Below are positions 1 through 9,722 of a stretch of DNA of 32,000 bases, one piece after another. This stretch comes from an uncultured archaeon. GTDB taxonomy: Archaea; Asgardarchaeota; Lokiarchaeia; Sigyniarchaeales; Promethearchaeaceae. Within the stretch, counting starts at the first letter, position 1; each line of letters starts with the position of its first letter. The stretch lies in assembly GCA_964426185.1 (NCBI GenBank), contig CAYRPF010000013.1, positions 21,896-53,895 of the forward strand, given 5' to 3'. The translations under genes were made by a program, and so were the position numbers. Below the pieces are notes generated by a model that was not told the DNA's origin, did not search any database, and was given only the letters and a program-made list of their open reading frames with translations.

Positions 1-906
1 CTTATCCAATTTAACTTTAGATTTTGATTTTTTACGGTATTTTTTGTGGAAAATTTGTTTTATCACATTGATATCATTAGCAGCTTTCAAATTTAATTTT
101 GGCAAGATATCAAGAGCATTTTTCACCGCATATCCACTGAAATGGTTATTAAAAAATACCGAAACTCGAGTATTTGGATTATCTTTTCGATATGAATTTA
201 TTTGATTCGCCCAATGTACCAATTCTTGCTCACTGAACTGATAATTCCACCACGGATTCTTACCAAAGCCATGGAATCGAAGATAAAATAAATTCTCACA
301 AGGAGTTATAAAATCTGGGGGTAATTGTGGTTCGATTACTGCGCAATATCCGAATTTATAGAGAGTTAACACTTCCATTACATCTGGTGTTAACCAAGAA
401 GAATCTCGGAATTCAACCACACCTTGCCATGATTGATGAGTAAATTGCGGTCCTAACAGTTCTTTACCTTTAGTTTCTCTCCATTCAGCCCAAAAACTCA
501 AAAATGATTCCAAATTTTCTTTATGCTTGGGGAATACAAAACTGGGTGGAAGCTGAATTAAATGGGCAATGTGTTTATGATTCCCTTCCAATGGAGCAAA
601 ATTATCTAAATAAAGTTCCAATTCCTTTCTGCATTGTTGGATATTTAATTTTGCTTTGTGGGTTATCGCTTGATTTACTTTAGAACTAAAATGAAAATAA
701 TCTGGTGTTTTTTGAGCCCAATTTTCTACAGTTTGTTTTTTTGGAATGTAATAAAAACTACTATCAATTTCAACCGCATTAAAGATCGAAGAATAAAATT
801 CTAAATAAGCAGAAGTTGGTAAAAAATCAGGATAAAAAATATTAACCCAATCAGGTTGATAAGACCAGCCACAAGTTCCTACAAAGATATCAGGAAAATC
901 TGCCAC
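1..906 (-). CDS. DUF72 family protein (TIM barrel), runs off the left edge of the window
   Basis: Not in the ORF track. Manual translation from GTG at 906 gives MADFPDIFVGTCGWSYQPDW..FYP..YLEFYSSIFNAVEIDSSFYYIP..W..KTPDYFHFSSK..ITH, the DUF72 signature. The same frame is open at 1-60. Confidence 0.85.
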   Translation of the reverse strand, partial: MADFPDIFVGTCGWSYQPDWVNIFYPDFLPTSAYLEFYSSIFNAVEIDSSFYYIPKKQTVENWAQKTPDYFHFSSKVNQAITHKAKLNIQQCRKELELYLDNFAPLEGNHKHIAHLIQLPPSFVFPKHKENLESFLSFWAEWRETKGKELLGPQFTHQSWQGVVEFRDSSWLTPDVMEVLTLYKFGYCAVIEPQLPPDFITPCENLFYLRFHGFGKNPWWNYQFSEQELVHWANQINSYRKDNPNTRVSVFFNNHFSGYAVKNALDILPKLNLKAANDINVIKQIFHKKYRKKSKSKVKLDK

Positions 907-919
907 TTCGAGCCAAATC

Positions 920-1858
920 CTACTGACCGTATATTTTTCCAATAGTATCAGTATCAAGTGAAGATTCTTTAGTCTTTTTAATCTTCTTACGGAATGAAAT
1001 TAGTTGATCATTTTCAAGTAAGTGTTGAAATTCGTGAAATTCTTCCTCAGATATACTAAAACTATGTTCCAGTGTAGGAAAATTCTGAGTTTTAACATCA
1101 TGAATATATGATTCAGCAGCTTGGAGCATAATATTCCATAGATGAGCATACTGTTTAACGAATCTATATGGTTTTGAATTTGAGAATCCAAGCATGTCTT
1201 GAGCTACAAGAACTTGCCCATCACATCCATTTCCTGCTCCAATTCCAATTGTAGGAATTTGTAGATGGCGAGAAATTTCACGAGCAATTTGCCACGGAAC
1301 CATTTCCAACACAATTGAAAAAGCTCCAGCTTCTTCCAGTAAAATTGCATCTTCTATCAATTTTTTTGCAGCTTCTGCAGTTTTTCCTTGTAACCTATAC
1401 CCCCCTAGTTGATGGAAATATTGTGGTGTCAATCCTATATGAGCCATTACTGGAATACCATTTGATACTAGAAGTTTAACTGTTTCAACTCTTTCACGCC
1501 CTCCTTCAATTTTAACCGCATCTGCGTCTCCTTCTTGTAAGGCACGACCAGCATTTAGAAGAGCTATTTCAGGTGTAGCAAAACTCATAAAGGGCATATC
1601 TGCAATAACCATTGCATGATTTGCTGCTTTTGCAACGGCAGTAGTATGACGTATAATATCATCTAGTTTAACTTTTAGAGTATTTTCTTTTCCATATATT
1701 ACCATTCCCATGGAATCTCCCACAAGAAGCGCATCGATACCTGAAAATTCAAATACTTTCGCCATAAGGTAATCATAGGCAGTTAATACAGAAATTTTTT
1801 CACCTTTTTCTTTCATACAAAGAAAGGATTGAGGTGAAACTTTTTTTGTTGGGCTCAT
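920..1858 (-). CDS. panB: 3-methyl-2-oxobutanoate hydroxymethyltransferase
   Basis: LTAYD, LVGDSMGM, ADMPFMS, VKIEGG, HIGLTPQ and IGIGAG..DGQVLV..D motifs. Confidence 0.96.
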   Translation of the reverse strand: MSPTKKVSPQSFLCMKEKGEKISVLTAYDYLMAKVFEFSGIDALLVGDSMGMVIYGKENTLKVKLDDIIRHTTAVAKAANHAMVIADMPFMSFATPEIALLNAGRALQEGDADAVKIEGGRERVETVKLLVSNGIPVMAHIGLTPQYFHQLGGYRLQGKTAEAAKKLIEDAILLEEAGAFSIVLEMVPWQIAREISRHLQIPTIGIGAGNGCDGQVLVAQDMLGFSNSKPYRFVKQYAHLWNIMLQAAESYIHDVKTQNFPTLEHSFSISEEEFHEFQHLLENDQLISFRKKIKKTKESSLDTDTIGKIYGQ

Positions 1859-1964
1859 TCTCTATTATTTGGTTTCTTTCTGAGAATCATTTCTTTTTTT
1901 GGTATGAATCAGTATAGTAGAAAATGTATTAGTATATACTATTATTTCTGTGTTATAACCAATT

Positions 1965-2348
1965 TTATGGAAGAAATTTCTTTATCCAACTTGCAAACTC
2001 TTTATCTTTAAACCTATTTTCTTGAAAAATACTTAGGTTTTCTGCCAATTTCTGCGCAAATAGATGTTTACAATAACCAAAGGTTTGCCTACGATAGATG
2101 TATTCAATTAGAAAATTCTGACATTGACAAAAAACTTCGGGATAAATCAAATAGTAACCAGAATGGCCTTGTATAGACCAAACAACCAATTGGGAAGGAA
2201 AAAAGATATTTTTATGAATGGAAACAGCATTATTTTGCAAAAGTTCTAAGGATCGATAGAAAAGATCTCCATACTTCTGCTGAAATTTTACAACTAAAGA
2301 ACCAGTGAGTTTTCCTTCTTTGCGCAATTCATCAAATAAATCCATCAA
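1965..2348 (-). CDS. Stand-alone SWIM zinc-finger protein (SWS1/ZSWIM7-like)
   Basis: C-x-C-x16-C-K-H motif (FCQC...YCKHL) in a 127-aa protein. Confidence 0.8.
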   Translation of the reverse strand: MMDLFDELRKEGKLTGSLVVKFQQKYGDLFYRSLELLQNNAVSIHKNIFFPSQLVVWSIQGHSGYYLIYPEVFCQCQNFLIEYIYRRQTFGYCKHLFAQKLAENLSIFQENRFKDKEFASWIKKFLP

Positions 2349-2401
2349 CTAAAGATAAGAATTATCTTAATTAAATAATTGTTGTAAGTGTTGTTAAAGT
2401 A

Positions 2402-3775
2402 ATGAAGAAATTGAATATTTTACTATTTCCTACCCGATTTTACCCTGCCATTAGTGGTGGAGATTTCTTACTTGAACGTTTAGGAAGAGAATTTCTACGT
2501 ATCTCTAAGCGTTCTGATTTAGAACGTTTAAACCTACAAGAAATGAATGTTAAAGTTTTAACTTCAAATGCAATTGATTTTGGGGCATTACGGGGAAATG
2601 GAAGAATAATTGATACAAAACACCGATATTTTTCTCATTACAAAAATCTTGATATTTACCGTTACAAATCATATCATAACAGTAAAAATAACTCAAATAG
2701 AACCCAAAAACAAAATTTATTTGAAAAACTTGGTTATCTTACTAATCTATACGTACCTGAATTTGCTTCAGATTTAAACCCACTTATCGAAAACGGACCA
2801 ATACTTTCAGAACTAATAGATGATCTCTATTTCAAGCGTTTTGAAAAGAAATTACCATTTATACCACAAATCATTCATTGTACTTATTTTCCTTATCTAA
2901 ATATTCTTTATAGTTTACTTATTGCTAGATATTTTGAAATTCCAGCTTGTATTACTCCATTTCTCCATTTTGCCAATATCCGATATCAAAATGAGGTGTT
3001 TTACTCGATATTACAAGAATTTGATCTCATTTTTGCCTGCACTAACTATGAAAAACAAGTTCTCTTGTCACATGGAATAAAAGAAAAACAAATTGTAGTA
3101 ATGCCAATGGGAGTGGATGCACAGCGATTTAATCAAGAAAATTATCAAGAAATATTTCTAAAGGTATATAATCCCCAAAAACCTTTAATTTTATTCTGTG
3201 GGTATAAAAATTTTGAGAAGGGAGCTCTCACCCTTTTAAAAATTATCCCATACTTAGATAAAAAGTATAAAAAATGCAGTATCGTATTTATTGGTCCAAG
3301 TACCACGGCATTTAATTATGAAATGACAAATCTCAAGAAAATTATCAAAAATGTACAAATTATAAATATTTCTCCAGAAAATCTTGCTGGGATGTATGAT
3401 AAAAAAAAAATTGGAGTCTTTCAATTGGCCGATATTTACTGTATGCCCAGTCGTTCTGATGCATATGGAATTGCTTTCTTAGAAGCATGGGCAACAGGAA
3501 CTCCAGTAATTGCTGCAAAAATTCCGGCAATGCAAGAAGTTGTAAATGAAAAAAAAGATGGACTTTTAGTCGAATTTGATAGTATAGAAGAATTAATTCA
3601 AGCGATATCCACACTTATAGAAAACCCTTCCTTAAGAACCGAAATGGGAATTGCAGGTCAAAAAAAGGTTTTAAAAAACAACAATTGGACAGAAATCGCT
3701 GTAAAAACGCTGCAAAATTATCAAGAAATTATTGAAAATCATAAAAAAATTAAATTTAGGAGGAAATTGAAATGA
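2402..3775 (+). CDS. GT-B fold glycosyltransferase, family 4
   Basis: N-terminal FYPAISGG, PMGVD, EKG, and PSRSDAYGIAFLEAWATGTPVI (D/E-x7-E motif). Confidence 0.9.
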   Translation: MKKLNILLFPTRFYPAISGGDFLLERLGREFLRISKRSDLERLNLQEMNVKVLTSNAIDFGALRGNGRIIDTKHRYFSHYKNLDIYRYKSYHNSKNNSNRTQKQNLFEKLGYLTNLYVPEFASDLNPLIENGPILSELIDDLYFKRFEKKLPFIPQIIHCTYFPYLNILYSLLIARYFEIPACITPFLHFANIRYQNEVFYSILQEFDLIFACTNYEKQVLLSHGIKEKQIVVMPMGVDAQRFNQENYQEIFLKVYNPQKPLILFCGYKNFEKGALTLLKIIPYLDKKYKKCSIVFIGPSTTAFNYEMTNLKKIIKNVQIINISPENLAGMYDKKKIGVFQLADIYCMPSRSDAYGIAFLEAWATGTPVIAAKIPAMQEVVNEKKDGLLVEFDSIEELIQAISTLIENPSLRTEMGIAGQKKVLKNNNWTEIAVKTLQNYQEIIENHKKIKFRRKLK

Positions 3776-5022
3776 GTAAAAATAAGAAATCTCTATATGG
3801 AAATAAGTATGTAAATATAGAAAATGGAGAACTTAAGTTGGGAAATATCTTGTGCAAAAATTTAACCCAAAATTGGGAAACACCAATATTTCTTTTCTTA
3901 GAACAAAAAATTCGAGATAACATACGATATATTACTTCTGTATTTAAAGAGGTTTTTCCCAAATCAAGAGGTTTTTATTCCATGAAAGCAAATTTCTTGC
4001 AAAAAACCATGGAAATAATCAGAGATGAGCAGTTTGGAGCTGAAATCGTTTCATTTAATGAATTGAAAATTTTAGAAAAGCTCAATTTTGATTCTTCCCG
4101 AATTATAGTTGGAGGACCTTATTTATCCGCTCAATTGCTCGATAAAATTATTTCCATGGAAATTCCATATATTGTAATTTATGATATAGATGAAATTCCC
4201 AAAATCTCTCAACGTATTAGACAAAATAATAAATCAAATAAATATAAGCCTAAAATTCTATTAAAATTCCAAACATTGAAATATACAAGTCGTCACGGGC
4301 TTTCTCATACTAAAGATACATTTCAAACCCTATCAAAAATTTTTATTGCTAATCCAGAACTTGAATATGCTGGTATTTTGTCCCATTATGGAACACGGTT
4401 GAAAACTTGGATACAATATGAACAAAATCTTAATAATTTGATAGAGATAGTTCAAAAAATAAAAAATTTTGCAGGGTTAGAAACAAAGATTCTTGATATC
4501 GGAGGAGGATTTTCAAATGCCGACTCATTAAAGGAAAAAGAATTTCGCTCCTATCTCGAGAGAATGCGAGAGATGCTTCGCAAGGAAAATCTTCAGAATT
4601 GCACTATTTTTTATGAACCTGGAAGATTTATTATGGAAGATACAGGATTCTGTATCTCACAAGTGATTCGTGTTGATCCACACCATCGTGTTGTATTTCT
4701 TAATATTGGAAATAATTTCATCCCTAAATTTATGAAATCCTCGTTAAGATTTTACAATGCAGATCGTATTACTGAATCACCCAATACTCCAATGGATTTT
4801 ATGGGTTACATACCCTCAGATCAAGACATTCTAATTAAAAAATACAACTTTACTCAATCGGTGCAAAAGGGAGATATCATAGTAATAGCTAATGTTGGTG
4901 CGTATGCGCTCACTTGGTCAACCCGTTTTCCATATCAGATTCCCAAGATACTGTTTTTAGGGAAAAAAAATATTGTTAGATACCAAGGAGATCCAAATCC
5001 CGCGGAATTCAGCCTCTCTTAG
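3772..5022 (+). CDS. Fold-type III PLP-dependent decarboxylase (LysA/ODC family), divergent
   Basis: YSMKAN (PLP lysine), DIGGG, EPGR and GAY motifs. The start overlaps the upstream stop (ATGA). Confidence 0.8.
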   Translation: MSKNKKSLYGNKYVNIENGELKLGNILCKNLTQNWETPIFLFLEQKIRDNIRYITSVFKEVFPKSRGFYSMKANFLQKTMEIIRDEQFGAEIVSFNELKILEKLNFDSSRIIVGGPYLSAQLLDKIISMEIPYIVIYDIDEIPKISQRIRQNNKSNKYKPKILLKFQTLKYTSRHGLSHTKDTFQTLSKIFIANPELEYAGILSHYGTRLKTWIQYEQNLNNLIEIVQKIKNFAGLETKILDIGGGFSNADSLKEKEFRSYLERMREMLRKENLQNCTIFYEPGRFIMEDTGFCISQVIRVDPHHRVVFLNIGNNFIPKFMKSSLRFYNADRITESPNTPMDFMGYIPSDQDILIKKYNFTQSVQKGDIIVIANVGAYALTWSTRFPYQIPKILFLGKKNIVRYQGDPNPAEFSLS

Positions 5023-5108
5023 AATATTATATATATGTAGATAATATCACATATAAAAACTCGAATGCTCTTTTTATTTTTTATACCTCGAGTGAAGGAT
5101 CGGTTGGC

Positions 5109-6248
5109 ATGAAACATCATCTGACAAATTCCCCAGTTAATATGAACACGAAAAAAACAGATATCTTTAAATCTGAGATAGGTCAAGCAAACATCTTGAT
5201 ATTAGGTTGTGGTGGTGCTGGAAACAACACAGTGGATCGTCTAATGAAAATTGGTATTCGGGGAGCGCGTTGTATAGCGATTAATACTGATCGACAACAC
5301 TTAGAATCTGTTCATGCCCATTTTAAACTATTGATTGGAAGCAATCTTACCCGTGGTCTTGGGGCAGGAGGACGCCCAGAAATTGGACGTCAAGCTGCTG
5401 AAGAATCTCGTCCTGAATTGGAGAAAATTCTCTTAGAGAGCGATTTGGTCTTTATTACTTGTGGAATGGGTGGAGGCACCGGTACAGGAAGCGCTCCTAT
5501 CATAGCTCAAATTGCTAAAAATCAAGGTGCTATTGTAGTAGGAGTAATTACAATGCCATTTCAAGCCGAGATGAAACGCGTATCTCGCGCTAAAGATGGA
5601 GTTAATGCCTTAAAAAATTATGTTGATACCTTAGTTTTAATTGATAATAATAGATTACTGGAAATTGCAGCTGATCTGCCAATCACAGAAGCCTTTAGCT
5701 TAGCAGACGAAGTTTTAGCTACAATGGTAAAAGGTATTACGGAAACAATCTCTCTTCCATCACTGATAAACTTAGATTATGCCGACATCCGAACTATTTT
5801 AAGTTCTGCAGGAATGGCAATAGTTGGGATTGGCGAAGGAGATGATCCCCGTCATCGTGTTGAAGAAGCAATCGAAGATGCATTAAATTCGCCTTTACTC
5901 GACTTTGATATTTCTGGTGCAAAAGGTGCTTTAATTCATGTTTCAGGAGGAAATGATTTAACATTGGTTGAAACGACTCGAGTAGCGGATTTAATTACTG
6001 AACGTATGGATCCAAATGCCCAAGTTATTTGGGGTGCTCGAGTAGATCCAAATTTAACCGGAATTTTGAGAGTGATGCTATTAATTACAGGAGTGAAATC
6101 ACCGCAAATGTTAGGAAATTCTAAAATTTCATTTATTAAACCAGAATTTGCCCAACAATTAGACACTCAACGACCTTCTCTTGCAGATGATTTCTTTAAT
6201 ATTAATGAAATTAGATCAATAAATGAAGAAAATTTGAATTTATATTAA
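5109..6248 (+). CDS. ftsZ: Cell division GTPase FtsZ (archaeal FtsZ2-like)
   Basis: [18 protein letters not shown], the GMGGGTGTG tubulin signature and T7 loop [24 protein letters not shown] resembles the FtsZ2 clade. Confidence 0.96.
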   Translation: MKHHLTNSPVNMNTKKTDIFKSEIGQANILILGCGGAGNNTVDRLMKIGIRGARCIAINTDRQHLESVHAHFKLLIGSNLTRGLGAGGRPEIGRQAAEESRPELEKILLESDLVFITCGMGGGTGTGSAPIIAQIAKNQGAIVVGVITMPFQAEMKRVSRAKDGVNALKNYVDTLVLIDNNRLLEIAADLPITEAFSLADEVLATMVKGITETISLPSLINLDYADIRTILSSAGMAIVGIGEGDDPRHRVEEAIEDALNSPLLDFDISGAKGALIHVSGGNDLTLVETTRVADLITERMDPNAQVIWGARVDPNLTGILRVMLLITGVKSPQMLGNSKISFIKPEFAQQLDTQRPSLADDFFNINEIRSINEENLNLY

Positions 6249-6256
6249 TTAGAAAT

Positions 6257-6838
6257 CTAGATGGTGGGTTTCCACATTTCGGTAAATTCTTCTTGTTTTT
6301 TCTTCTGGTACTCATTGTGAAGATAATTAATTACCGTTTTGTGAGGTGCTCCTTGCAAGATCATATTTATGGCTTTTTTTGCGATTTTGATAGAATCAAA
6401 TTCCCCGATCAAAGCTATATATTTATCATATATTGAGATATTCACACATGCAAATTTCTCAAGATCTTGTCGAAATTTTCCTTGATCTCCAATTAATCGC
6501 CCTTTCATCCGCTTCAATTTTTTAGGTGAATGACCTAAGATTTGTTCTAAATTAATTAATTCAAAAATCATCTCAGCATCAAGCAGTTTTAATGCTTTTT
6601 GGGGGTTAAAACCGTAATTTATGGCATTTAGAATCGATTGAGTAGTATATACACGAATATTTGGATCTTGAAATTCCTGATTTTCTTCTGGGAATTTTAT
6701 TTCCATATTTGGCTTAATTTGATACTCTCCAGTATTGCTATCGATGATTATGTGTGTTCCGGTTTGCTGTTCCAATAGATTTTTCGTGACCCCATGTTTA
6801 CCAATTACAACAGCTAATCGATCTTTGAAAAATGCCAT
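6257..6838 (-). CDS. KH-domain pre-rRNA processing protein Dim2/Pno1
   Basis: VVIGKHG and GRLIGDQG KH loops, GF.PQKALKL and G.PH..V. Lies downstream of RIO1, the usual archaeal synteny. Confidence 0.9.
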   Translation of the reverse strand: MAFFKDRLAVVIGKHGVTKNLLEQQTGTHIIIDSNTGEYQIKPNMEIKFPEENQEFQDPNIRVYTTQSILNAINYGFNPQKALKLLDAEMIFELINLEQILGHSPKKLKRMKGRLIGDQGKFRQDLEKFACVNISIYDKYIALIGEFDSIKIAKKAINMILQGAPHKTVINYLHNEYQKKKQEEFTEMWKPTI

Positions 6839-6950
6839 AATACAATCAATTATTCATTAATTAAATCGTTTATGTGATTGTACTATAACCATGACAATTT
6901 TCTACTGATCAAACTTGATCACTTTTAAATTAGCTGTGGAAAAGTTTTTT

Positions 6951-7763
6951 TTATTTATTGTGATATGCCTTCATGATTTTTGAATATAGAGTATCAACAG
7001 TTCCAATTGTTTTTTCATTCAGATAATCTCCAAAAAAATTGAAAACATTGATTAAATCTCTTTTTAGAAAAACAGGGGCATTCACATGGTAAGTAGAAAC
7101 CGCTTGGGAGACATCTATAATTATTGGTTCATCATTCCAATAGAGAATGTTATATTCACTTAAATCTCCATGAACCAAATTAGCAATTAAATACATATCT
7201 TCGATATATTGAATAACTTTGAGAAAAATTTTTACGGGTTCAGGTAATGGATTCACATCTTTTAAACGGGGGGCAGGAGAACCATTTTTTTCACCAATAT
7301 ATTCCATTAAGACGATATTATTGACACAAAAAATTGGTTCGGGAACGGGAATATTATGACGATGTAATTGTTTTAGATTTTTGAATTCCTTTTTACTCCA
7401 AGTATAAATGATTTTATGAGTCGAATTACCTATTTTCTTAAACCGAGGATCTCCAATAATGTAGTTTTTCATCCATTTAGTATTTTGAGGGTCAATTTTG
7501 TAAATTTTTACCGCTAAGGGTTTATCTTCTTCTCCAATAGCAAAATATACATTAGCTTCTTTTCCAGCTGAAATAATACCAACAAATTCTTTAATTATAC
7601 CTTTAACTCGTAATTTATTTATGTTTTCAGTGGTATATTTGTCAAAAACGCCTCCAGTTGCCATGCGTTCTTCTTTTTTTCTTTTCTTCTTAATACGCTG
7701 TTTATCTCTTTTTTGTTCCAATCGATCGACTAGTTTATCTTCTACCATAGTATCTCTCTTCAT
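6951..7763 (-). CDS. rio1: RIO1 serine/threonine kinase
   Basis: ISAGKEANVY, AVKIY, W..KEFKNL, LVHGDLSEYNIL and IIDVSQAV. The start is moved from 7853 to ATG 7763 (or 7748) to avoid overlap with NMD3. Confidence 0.93.
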   Translation of the reverse strand: MKRDTMVEDKLVDRLEQKRDKQRIKKKRKKEERMATGGVFDKYTTENINKLRVKGIIKEFVGIISAGKEANVYFAIGEEDKPLAVKIYKIDPQNTKWMKNYIIGDPRFKKIGNSTHKIIYTWSKKEFKNLKQLHRHNIPVPEPIFCVNNIVLMEYIGEKNGSPAPRLKDVNPLPEPVKIFLKVIQYIEDMYLIANLVHGDLSEYNILYWNDEPIIIDVSQAVSTYHVNAPVFLKRDLINVFNFFGDYLNEKTIGTVDTLYSKIMKAYHNK

Positions 7764-7770
7764 TATTGGT

Positions 7771-8766
7771 TTAATTTGATTTTTTTTCAAAATGGGATTG
7801 ATCTTCAGATTCATTTTCCAAAAAATGCCATTTCTTTTTTTGAAACTGATCAAAATTAAGTTGTTTTACTTTTTTACCAGATAATTCAATCAAAATAACC
7901 TTATTATGTGTGATATTTTTCACTTGATAATCTTTACCATCAAATAAAATGTGATCCTTTTTATGAACAGGAATTAATCGTAATAAAGTAGACTGGCGAT
8001 ATAATCGTGTCCCTGTTTCATGATCAATACCCATTAATCGCTTGGAATATTTTACTTCAAATGGGTATTTTGTTCGTAATTGATGAATTAAGGTTCGGGC
8101 CATGGCATTATTACTAATTTTCAAATCGAATCCATTGATAGTGTTTTCGATTTTGGTGATAAAAAAGGAGAGATTCTTTTGGTGTTCATTTGCTTCGATT
8201 AGGTGAATTTCATCTAAAATTTCTTGGAGACGGGGGATATCTCTCGGATGTTGAATCCTTATTTGCAAAATCGCATCAAACCGGCCGCCAGATTTTTGAG
8301 CACAGTACGGACATTGTATTTTTCTTAATTGGATTTCTAAAGATAATTCTCCTGTAATGAGTTCATCTGATTTTTGATATTCTATTCGAACGTGAATATC
8401 TGAATCTTGATCAAAAGAGATTGATTGAGGAAGAAACAAAATGCAGTGAATAGAGTACTTATCTTCAAGAGAAAAAATCAATGCTTCATGAAGTAAATTG
8501 CTCAAAAAATCTATTTCAAGTTCATCGGGAGGAACATACTGCCAATCTAAAAATTTATCATCAATTCTTAAAGAAACAGCAGAACAAATATAACACTTGC
8601 GGAGTTGGATTTTCTGGGGTAGATGTACATGGATTTCTTCTTTTCCATAACACGCACGGCATAAAAATCCTGGATAAATTTTTTCTTCATTATTCATGAT
8701 TTTACCGCACTTTGAACAAAATCGCCGTAGTTTCATTTCTCGTTCTACATATACGTATATCGACAT
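7771..8766 (-). CDS. nmd3: NMD3 family large-subunit biogenesis protein
   Basis: Four CxxC pairs (CSKC, CRAC, CYIC, CPYC), AILQIR, GFD and LMGID..G..LYR. Confidence 0.88.
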   Translation of the reverse strand: MSIYVYVEREMKLRRFCSKCGKIMNNEEKIYPGFLCRACYGKEEIHVHLPQKIQLRKCYICSAVSLRIDDKFLDWQYVPPDELEIDFLSNLLHEALIFSLEDKYSIHCILFLPQSISFDQDSDIHVRIEYQKSDELITGELSLEIQLRKIQCPYCAQKSGGRFDAILQIRIQHPRDIPRLQEILDEIHLIEANEHQKNLSFFITKIENTINGFDLKISNNAMARTLIHQLRTKYPFEVKYSKRLMGIDHETGTRLYRQSTLLRLIPVHKKDHILFDGKDYQVKNITHNKVILIELSGKKVKQLNFDQFQKKKWHFLENESEDQSHFEKKSN

Positions 8767-8767
8767 G

Positions 8768-9091
8768 CTAAAAAATAATTTTCATTGCAATCGGAATACC
8801 TTCAATTTCCAAAATCCCACCAGGATGAATAATGTGCAATTCTACCAATTTTGATATCAAATGTTCACCAACTGCTGTGAAATTAGTTGATTTTTGTAAA
8901 ATAGGTATAATTTGGGAAATAGGTTTGCGATCTCCGTGGAAAAACGCTTCTGTTACTTGAAATTGGAATTTTCCTTCATGTAAGCTAAGCCCAATGCACT
9001 CAACATCGCAAGCTCCGATTGTGACTTCATTACCTTTCTGATGTACCTTTATAAATCCCTCGAATTCGGGTGTTTTTATTTGTCGGGTCAT
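8768..9091 (-). CDS. DUF424 family protein
   Basis: ACD.E.IG, V.E.FF.G, VGE and I.GIP motifs. Adjacent to NMD3 as in many archaea. Confidence 0.8.
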   Translation of the reverse strand: MTRQIKTPEFEGFIKVHQKGNEVTIGACDVECIGLSLHEGKFQFQVTEAFFHGDRKPISQIIPILQKSTNFTAVGEHLISKLVELHIIHPGGILEIEGIPIAMKIIF

Positions 9092-9260
9092 GGTATTTCT
9101 CTAATTATTCCAGATTTTTTGTAAAATAATTTTAATAGTTTTTTTTCGCACAATCAGTTTTACGAATCATAATTTGAAATATTTCATCCATGAATTATTT
9201 CTTATTTGAATAACTCTAATCATAAAACTAAAATGCGAAAAAAAGGGTTGAAATAAGAAT

Positions 9261-9671
9261 TTATAACTTGATAGGGTGTCTGGTTCCGCATGCATGACAA
9301 ACTAAAAGATGATCACGGCCCTCTTTTACAATAACAGTATCTGGTTTTCCGCATGTCTCACATATCACGTAGGTTTCGCAGTAATTATTGATCAAACGAT
9401 TAATTGTTCGTAATTTTTGCTTCCCTTTCAAAATTGCCTTATTTCCCTTGATATTTCCTGCCGTACCAACTTCTTGTAAAATATATTTAATAAAGTGGTT
9501 TTCATCCCGCTTAATCGAATCTACAATCTCATTAAAATTTACAATAATGGTATTCTTTCCTTCAAATTCAAGTCTTGCCAAGGGGATTTTCCAGCGATCA
9601 GTTTCATGAAAACCTTCGGGAATTTTATCTAATGCGCGATCAACTAGCGCCAAATATTCTTTCTCGTCCAT
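9261..9671 (-). CDS. eif2b: Translation initiation factor 2 subunit beta
   Basis: EG..TII.NF.EI, EVGTAG and the C-terminal Zn ribbon YVICETCGKPDT...CHACG. Confidence 0.94.
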   Translation of the reverse strand: MDEKEYLALVDRALDKIPEGFHETDRWKIPLARLEFEGKNTIIVNFNEIVDSIKRDENHFIKYILQEVGTAGNIKGNKAILKGKQKLRTINRLINNYCETYVICETCGKPDTVIVKEGRDHLLVCHACGTRHPIKL

Positions 9672-9722
9672 TAAAAGAAATAAAGTTCCTTAGCAAAAAA
9701 AATTTGGGAATTTTCAGCTAAT

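Noticed and set aside
3772-5022. Gene symbol lysA
   Set aside because: The active-site Cys and HIGS motifs are altered, so substrate specificity cannot be assigned.
7764-7853. N-terminal extension of RIO1 overlapping NMD3 by 83 bp
   Set aside because: In-frame ATGs at 7763 and 7748 give a non-overlapping gene of normal length.
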